Positions 59,304-64,000 of a stretch of 64,000 bases of DNA are shown piece by piece; position 1 is the stretch's first letter, and each line of letters opens with the position of its first letter. The stretch spans positions 448,001 to 512,000 of the forward strand of contig CBDCGL010000011.1 of assembly GCA_965216755.1 (NCBI GenBank), given 5' to 3'. The notes under the pieces were generated by a model. That model ran no database searches. It was not told the origin of the DNA and worked only from the letters and a program-made list of their open reading frames with translations. The DNA comes from Alphaproteobacteria bacterium. Its GTDB lineage: Bacteria > Pseudomonadota > Alphaproteobacteria > UBA7887. A program made the translations under genes and the position numbers.

Positions 59304-60473
59304 CTATCGACGATACTCTTCGGGCAGCAAGAACATGTGGTCTTGGTCTTCGCCAACGACATTGTGGCAATCGGCACAGAACTTGACCTTGTCTGAACCG
59401 TCGGCATTGGTTTCGCCGAACACGGAACCATTAGGCATAATCATCGTGTACTTCCAGTCTCCCGTCTCGCCATTGAAACCGGCGTCCATTTTTTCCATAA
59501 GGAACAGCGGGCCGATTGTCACCTGGCCCTTTTTGTTGACGCCAAAGCTGTCCTTGGCCAAGACCGATCCGGCTGGCATCGTGCCGAGGTCTTCATAGCG
59601 ACTGTAAGCATCGGTGCCGATGTCGTTGGAGAAGTTGTTCACATAACGATTGCCATGGGTGCCTGAAACATAAGGATTGGTCGCGAAATTTGTCCACGAT
59701 GTGTAGGTCTGGGCGGTGGCATTCCCGGAACCTGCATAGGCGGCCGCGATCGTGCCTTGGGCGCAATCGTAGGCAGCCTTGGCTTCGGCATCGGTGAGTT
59801 CGACACCTCCACCAGCGCCGCATGGGCCGCACGGGTTGCAAGCACCGCACGGATTGCACGGGTTGGCGGCCGCGCAGGGATTGCACGGATTGCAGGCGCC
59901 ACAAGCCGCTGCGCAGGGATTGCACGGATTGCAGGCGCCACAAGCCGCTGCGCAGGGATTACACGGGTTGCAGGCGCCACAGGCCGCCGCGCAGGGATTG
60001 CACGGGTTGCAAGCGCCACAGGCCGCTGCACAGGGATTGCACGGATTGCAAGCGCCACAGGCGGCTGCGCAAGGATTACAAGGATTACACGCACCGCAGG
60101 GATTGCACGGATTGCAGGCGCCACAGGCCGCTGCGCAGGGATTACACGCGATCCGGGGCACCACGCACTCGGTCACGGCGCCGCCACCAGCGCCGCAGGG
60201 GTTACAGGCGCCACAGGGATTGCAAGCGCCGCAGGGGTTACACGCGCCGCACGGATTGCAGGCACCACAGGCCGCGGCGCAGGGGTTGCACCCACCACAG
60301 GGGTTACAGGCACCGCAGGCTTTGCAAGGTCTGCAGGCTTGTGCGACTTGGGTCGCCTGGCCGGACTGCCCAGACTGAGCAATATCCGCACAGGCCGTCG
60401 CCGCTAAGCCCACGCCCACAAACATCGGAATAAACGTAGTACTCAGCAGGCGATTCTTTGTCTGCTCATTCAT
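59304..60473 (-). CDS. Cytochrome P460-family protein with N-terminal Cys-rich repeats
   Basis: Leader with possible lipobox ATAC; CNPC/CGAC repeats; C-terminal domain with [21 protein letters not shown] and a terminal CADCH. Confidence 0.8.
   Translation of the reverse strand: MNEQTKNRLLSTTFIPMFVGVGLAATACADIAQSGQSGQATQVAQACRPCKACGACNPCGGCNPCAAACGACNPCGACNPCGACNPCGACNPCGAGGGAVTECVVPRIACNPCAAACGACNPCNPCGACNPCNPCAAACGACNPCNPCAAACGACNPCNPCAAACGACNPCNPCAAACGACNPCNPCAAACGACNPCNPCAAANPCNPCGACNPCGPCGAGGGVELTDAEAKAAYDCAQGTIAAAYAGSGNATAQTYTSWTNFATNPYVSGTHGNRYVNNFSNDIGTDAYSRYEDLGTMPAGSVLAKDSFGVNKKGQVTIGPLFLMEKMDAGFNGETGDWKYTMIMPNGSVFGETNADGSDKVKFCADCHNVVGEDQDHMFLLPEEYRR
59865..60098 (-). repeat. 39-bp intragenic tandem repeat x6 encoding [13 protein letters not shown]
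   Basis: Period-39 units with synonymous variation in the minus-strand frame. Confidence 0.9.
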
Positions 60474-60691
60474 TTCCCTTCTCTCCCTCCGACAGGATCC
60501 ATTTATCGCTCGCCATTACAGGGACTTGCCTAACTGTTTCCGAGTCAATTCTTTTCACGGGATTGTGACGGCACTGAATGCGTCATCGCCGACCCTGAGT
60601 TGGGCCGTGGCTCGCACCGTCTTGTCACGTGCTATAGTCCCGGCGCGGGCGACCGGCGGCGTCAGGTTCGCTGCGCCAAAGGGGGGTGCGC

Positions 60692-62206
60692 ATGAGTCAG
60701 AAGTCTGATGGTGAGGCGCTATCGGACGATACGTATTGCGAGTCGGCAGAGCAGTTCTTTGAACGACCGGCCCGCACGACGATGGTGCGTTTGTGTGCCG
60801 AAGCTCTGGGGCCGCACCATCTCACCCCTGTTGAATTTCTTCATTCGCCGTTTTATCAGCGTCAGATCTACGGCGGCGGCGATCTGCTCAACGCATTTCA
60901 GAAAACCGCGTTGGCACAGTCCAGCGGCAAGGAGCTGACGCCTCAGGAGCGTCTTAAGCAACTGGTTAGGTTGGCGGACCAAGTTACTGAGAGCGTGAGA
61001 GAAAACGCCGCGGCTTGCCCTCAAATACGATTTAAGGCAGCTGAATTTCCGTCGGTTGTCGCCGATCTGCGCAAGCGTTTGGCGAAGACTCGCCAGCGGT
61101 TCGCGATCATCTACTTGCTTGGGCAGCATCTCGACAACAGCAGCTCTTGGATTACAAAAATCCACAAGGTCGCTTGCTTGTATAGTCCAGATTTAGACCC
61201 ATATGCCGTTGAATGTATTGATGAAATCCTGTCTGAGATCCTTCTGACAAGTGCCGCCTTGACCGAGTTGCTCGGCGTCGAAGGTGGCCTGCAGGATACG
61301 GTGCCGGTCCTGGTTGGGCTTCACGACGCGCCAGGCGCTGAACCTTCCGGTCAAACGAAACAGGCGCCGCGCCCAGCGTTGAGCGATGTGGTGACGCAAG
61401 ATGGGACGCTGGAACATGTCCGTTGGCTCATTGGTACCGGGGCTTTTCCGCTGGGTCGTGCTTCGATTGCGGCGGTGATCCAGCGGGTCGTTGAAGGACC
61501 GCGCCGATTCCGCAAGGAAGAAGACGAATCCGAACTGCTCGCCTTGATGGACGTGTATCAAATGTTCGATGGCGTCTCTGACACTTTGCTTGAGACGGCG
61601 GTCGTCGCCGCTTTCCGCAAACGGGTCGCGTGGGCAGTGAGCGAGACGCACCTGGAGCGCTTGCGCGAAGTCGACACAAGCCCTGCGACGCGGCTCGAAA
61701 AACTGTTGTTTTTCCGCGGCTTGGCGGAGAGCGAATACCAAATCGGCATCGTCGAGACGGAAATCGAAAGGGCCTTTCGCCACAAGGATTTGTATGACGA
61801 AGTGGCAAACCAGGGGACGACCCTGGTCGAGAAGCTAGTTGCATTCGCGCGTCTGTATCGAATCATCGAGGAGACGCCGCTCGATGCATTCCGCAAGCTA
61901 ACAATCCTCGACCATATTTCCGATCTGCAGGGCCGGTTCATACGCGATAACGACTTCTTCCAAAGCCTCACCTGGATCCACCAGGATGTCGTCGAGCGCG
62001 CCATGGCTTTGATCGACCTTTGTGAGCAACGCGCGTTCGTCCAAGGCACCGCCGATCGCGCGGCGCGCCACGTCGTGCGCGAGACGATTGCCGGTAAACT
62101 TTTCAGGACGCTCTATCTGAAGGGCTCGGCGGACGACAAAGAGGCGGCCGAGCGCATGGGGTACTTAAAGACAAAGCTGGAGACCGCCGGATTCCTGGAG
62201 GAATAG
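60692..62206 (+). CDS. Hypothetical helical protein
   Basis: Long ORF with protein-like composition; no motif recognised. Confidence 0.7.
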   Translation: MSQKSDGEALSDDTYCESAEQFFERPARTTMVRLCAEALGPHHLTPVEFLHSPFYQRQIYGGGDLLNAFQKTALAQSSGKELTPQERLKQLVRLADQVTESVRENAAACPQIRFKAAEFPSVVADLRKRLAKTRQRFAIIYLLGQHLDNSSSWITKIHKVACLYSPDLDPYAVECIDEILSEILLTSAALTELLGVEGGLQDTVPVLVGLHDAPGAEPSGQTKQAPRPALSDVVTQDGTLEHVRWLIGTGAFPLGRASIAAVIQRVVEGPRRFRKEEDESELLALMDVYQMFDGVSDTLLETAVVAAFRKRVAWAVSETHLERLREVDTSPATRLEKLLFFRGLAESEYQIGIVETEIERAFRHKDLYDEVANQGTTLVEKLVAFARLYRIIEETPLDAFRKLTILDHISDLQGRFIRDNDFFQSLTWIHQDVVERAMALIDLCEQRAFVQGTADRAARHVVRETIAGKLFRTLYLKGSADDKEAAERMGYLKTKLETAGFLEE

Positions 62207-62329
62207 GCGGGAGCATGGCCTCGTGAGCGGTTGCTGTGCTTTTCAGTGTTTCTATACTGCACGACCTGACCAAGGCTATGTGGGGCGTGTCGGCACGGCC
62301 GTCCGTTTCAGAAATGCGGGAGTTTTGTT

Positions 62330-63787
62330 ATGCAGCTCAAGGATCAGAGCTTATTTCGCACGCAATGCTACATTGATGGCGTGTGGGTCAACGCCGACTC
62401 CGGCGCGACAATCGAGATCGTAAATCCCGCCGACGGGTCTCTCCTAGGCACCATGCCAAAGATGGGCGGCAGCGAAACCCGCCGCGCAATAGAAGCGGCC
62501 GAGCGTGCGTGGCCAGCCTGGCGCGCCTTGACGGGCAAGGAACGCGGGGCCTTTCTGCGGCGTTGGCACGACCTGATTTTGGAGAATGCCGACGATCTCG
62601 CCATGATCATGACCCTGGAACAGGGCAAGCCGCTGGCGGAAGCCAAGGGCGAGATCATCTATGCGTCTTGGTTTGTCGAGTGGTTCGCCGAAGAAGGCAA
62701 ACGCGCCTATGGCGAAGTGATCCCGCAGACCTTGTCGGATCGCCGGATCGTTGTGATCAAGGAACCTGTCGGCGTAGTCGCGGCCATCACGCCGTGGAAC
62801 TTTCCCGCCGCGATGATCACCCGCAAAGCCGCACCGGGCCTCGCTGCCGGTTGTCCGATCATTATCAAACCGGCCAGCGCCACGCCATTTACCGCAACCG
62901 CGCTGATCGAACTCGCTGAACGGGCCGGTTTCCCAAAGGGCATTATCAGTCTGGTCACCGGATCGGCGAGCGCGATCGGCAAGGAGATGACCGAAAATCC
63001 GATCGTACGCAAGCTGTCATTCACTGGGTCCACCGAAATCGGCAAAGTGCTGATGGCGCAATGCGCCGGAACAGTGAAAAAAGTGTCATTGGAGTTGGGT
63101 GGCAATGCGCCGCTGATCGTTTTCGATGATTGCAACATCGACGAGGCGGTCCGCGGTGCCATGGCGTCCAAATACCGCAACGCCGGCCAGACCTGTGTTT
63201 GTGCCAATCGGATTTTGGTGCAAGACGGTGTCTACGACAAATTCGCCGACGCCTTCGGTACAGAAGTGCGAAAATTGAAAGTGGGTTCGGGCCTCGAAGA
63301 CGGGGTCAGCCAAGGGCCATTGATCGACATGGCGGCGGTCGAGAAGGTCGAGGAACACATCAACGATGCGGTCACCAAAGGCGCTAAGGTGGTCGTAGGT
63401 GGTGGCCGGCATGATCTAGGTGGGCAGTATTTTCAGCCGACAGTGCTCACAGATGTCGATACCCAGATGAAGGTGGCGCGCGAGGAAACTTTCGGGCCCT
63501 TGGCGCCGCTGTTCCGCTTTTCGGATGAGCGCCAAGCGATCGAGATGGCGAACAACACCGAATACGGTCTGGCAGCTTACTTCTTCAGCCGCGATATCGG
63601 CCGAATCTGGCGTGTGGCGGAGGCGCTGGAATACGGCATGGTCGGCATCAACGAGGGTATTATTTCAACAGAGGTTGCGCCATTCGGCGGTGTGAAGGAA
63701 TCAGGCCTGGGCCGCGAGGGTGCGCGGCAAGGCCTGGATGAATTCATGGAAACCAAGTATCTGTGCATGGGTAGTATCACCAGCTAG
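62330..63787 (+). CDS. gabD: NAD(P)-dependent succinate-semialdehyde dehydrogenase
   Basis: [35 protein letters not shown]. Confidence 0.93.
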   Translation: MQLKDQSLFRTQCYIDGVWVNADSGATIEIVNPADGSLLGTMPKMGGSETRRAIEAAERAWPAWRALTGKERGAFLRRWHDLILENADDLAMIMTLEQGKPLAEAKGEIIYASWFVEWFAEEGKRAYGEVIPQTLSDRRIVVIKEPVGVVAAITPWNFPAAMITRKAAPGLAAGCPIIIKPASATPFTATALIELAERAGFPKGIISLVTGSASAIGKEMTENPIVRKLSFTGSTEIGKVLMAQCAGTVKKVSLELGGNAPLIVFDDCNIDEAVRGAMASKYRNAGQTCVCANRILVQDGVYDKFADAFGTEVRKLKVGSGLEDGVSQGPLIDMAAVEKVEEHINDAVTKGAKVVVGGGRHDLGGQYFQPTVLTDVDTQMKVAREETFGPLAPLFRFSDERQAIEMANNTEYGLAAYFFSRDIGRIWRVAEALEYGMVGINEGIISTEVAPFGGVKESGLGREGARQGLDEFMETKYLCMGSITS

Positions 63788-63834
63788 GGATCAGACCACG
63801 CCACGACGCGGCTGGATTCGACGGAAGACCGACC

Positions 63835-64000
63835 TTGTACGATTACGACCTGTTTACGATTGGCGCCGGATCCGGTGGTGTCGCCGCAACCCGGCGCGCC
63901 GGCGGCTATGGTGCGCGTGCGGCAATTTGCGAGGACATGCGGGTCGGTGGTACCTGCGTGTTGCGCGGCTGCATACCGAAGAAACTGTTGGTCTATGCTG
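63835..64000 (+). CDS. gor: Glutathione-disulfide reductase, 5' part (runs off the window)
   Basis: Manual translation [14 protein letters not shown]...[15 protein letters not shown]. Confidence 0.85.
   Translation, partial: MYDYDLFTIGAGSGGVAATRRAGGYGARAAICEDMRVGGTCVLRGCIPKKLLVYA

Noticed and set aside
59820-60340. CRISPR-like periodicity
   Set aside because: Contiguous coding repeats with no unique spacers and no cas genes.
59757-60433. Repetitive plus-strand and alternate-frame ORFs ([31 protein letters not shown])
   Set aside because: Shadows of the Cys repeat; only the minus 389-aa frame has a leader, an RBS and a heme domain.

Overview
GC-rich bacterial DNA, most consistent with an alphaproteobacterium (inferred from the tRNA-Val/gph/glmU/glmS arrangement and protein families). 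The left ~51.7 kb lies downstream of the 3' end of tRNA-Val(CAC) and behaves as an accessory mosaic. It holds an EPS gene remnant, an orphan NosR/NirI, intact IS21 and IS2-group elements with clean target duplications, several IS relics and pseudogenes, two TolB/TPR adenylate cyclases (one IS-disrupted), PhoX, and a ~17-kb anaerobic respiration module. That module runs hemerythrin / PAS-BTAD regulator / small protein / membrane-anchored cytochrome c / narGHJI / fused narK-narK / narK / hemerythrin and is bracketed by two direct copies of the same IS3-type end. Its NarG departs from otherwise near-invariant motifs and no narXL is present, so it recalls the Thermus narCGHJIKT-DnrS-DrpA design rather than proteobacterial nar clusters. 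Two other stand-outs are a 464-bp CTAG-flanked, TIR-bounded non-coding element packed with long hairpins, and a cytochrome P460-family protein carrying about 50 Cys in CNPC/CGAC repeats. The right end is mostly core genome (gph, glmU, glmS, panE-like, gabD, partial gor). All calls come from reading motifs by eye; no database search was run.
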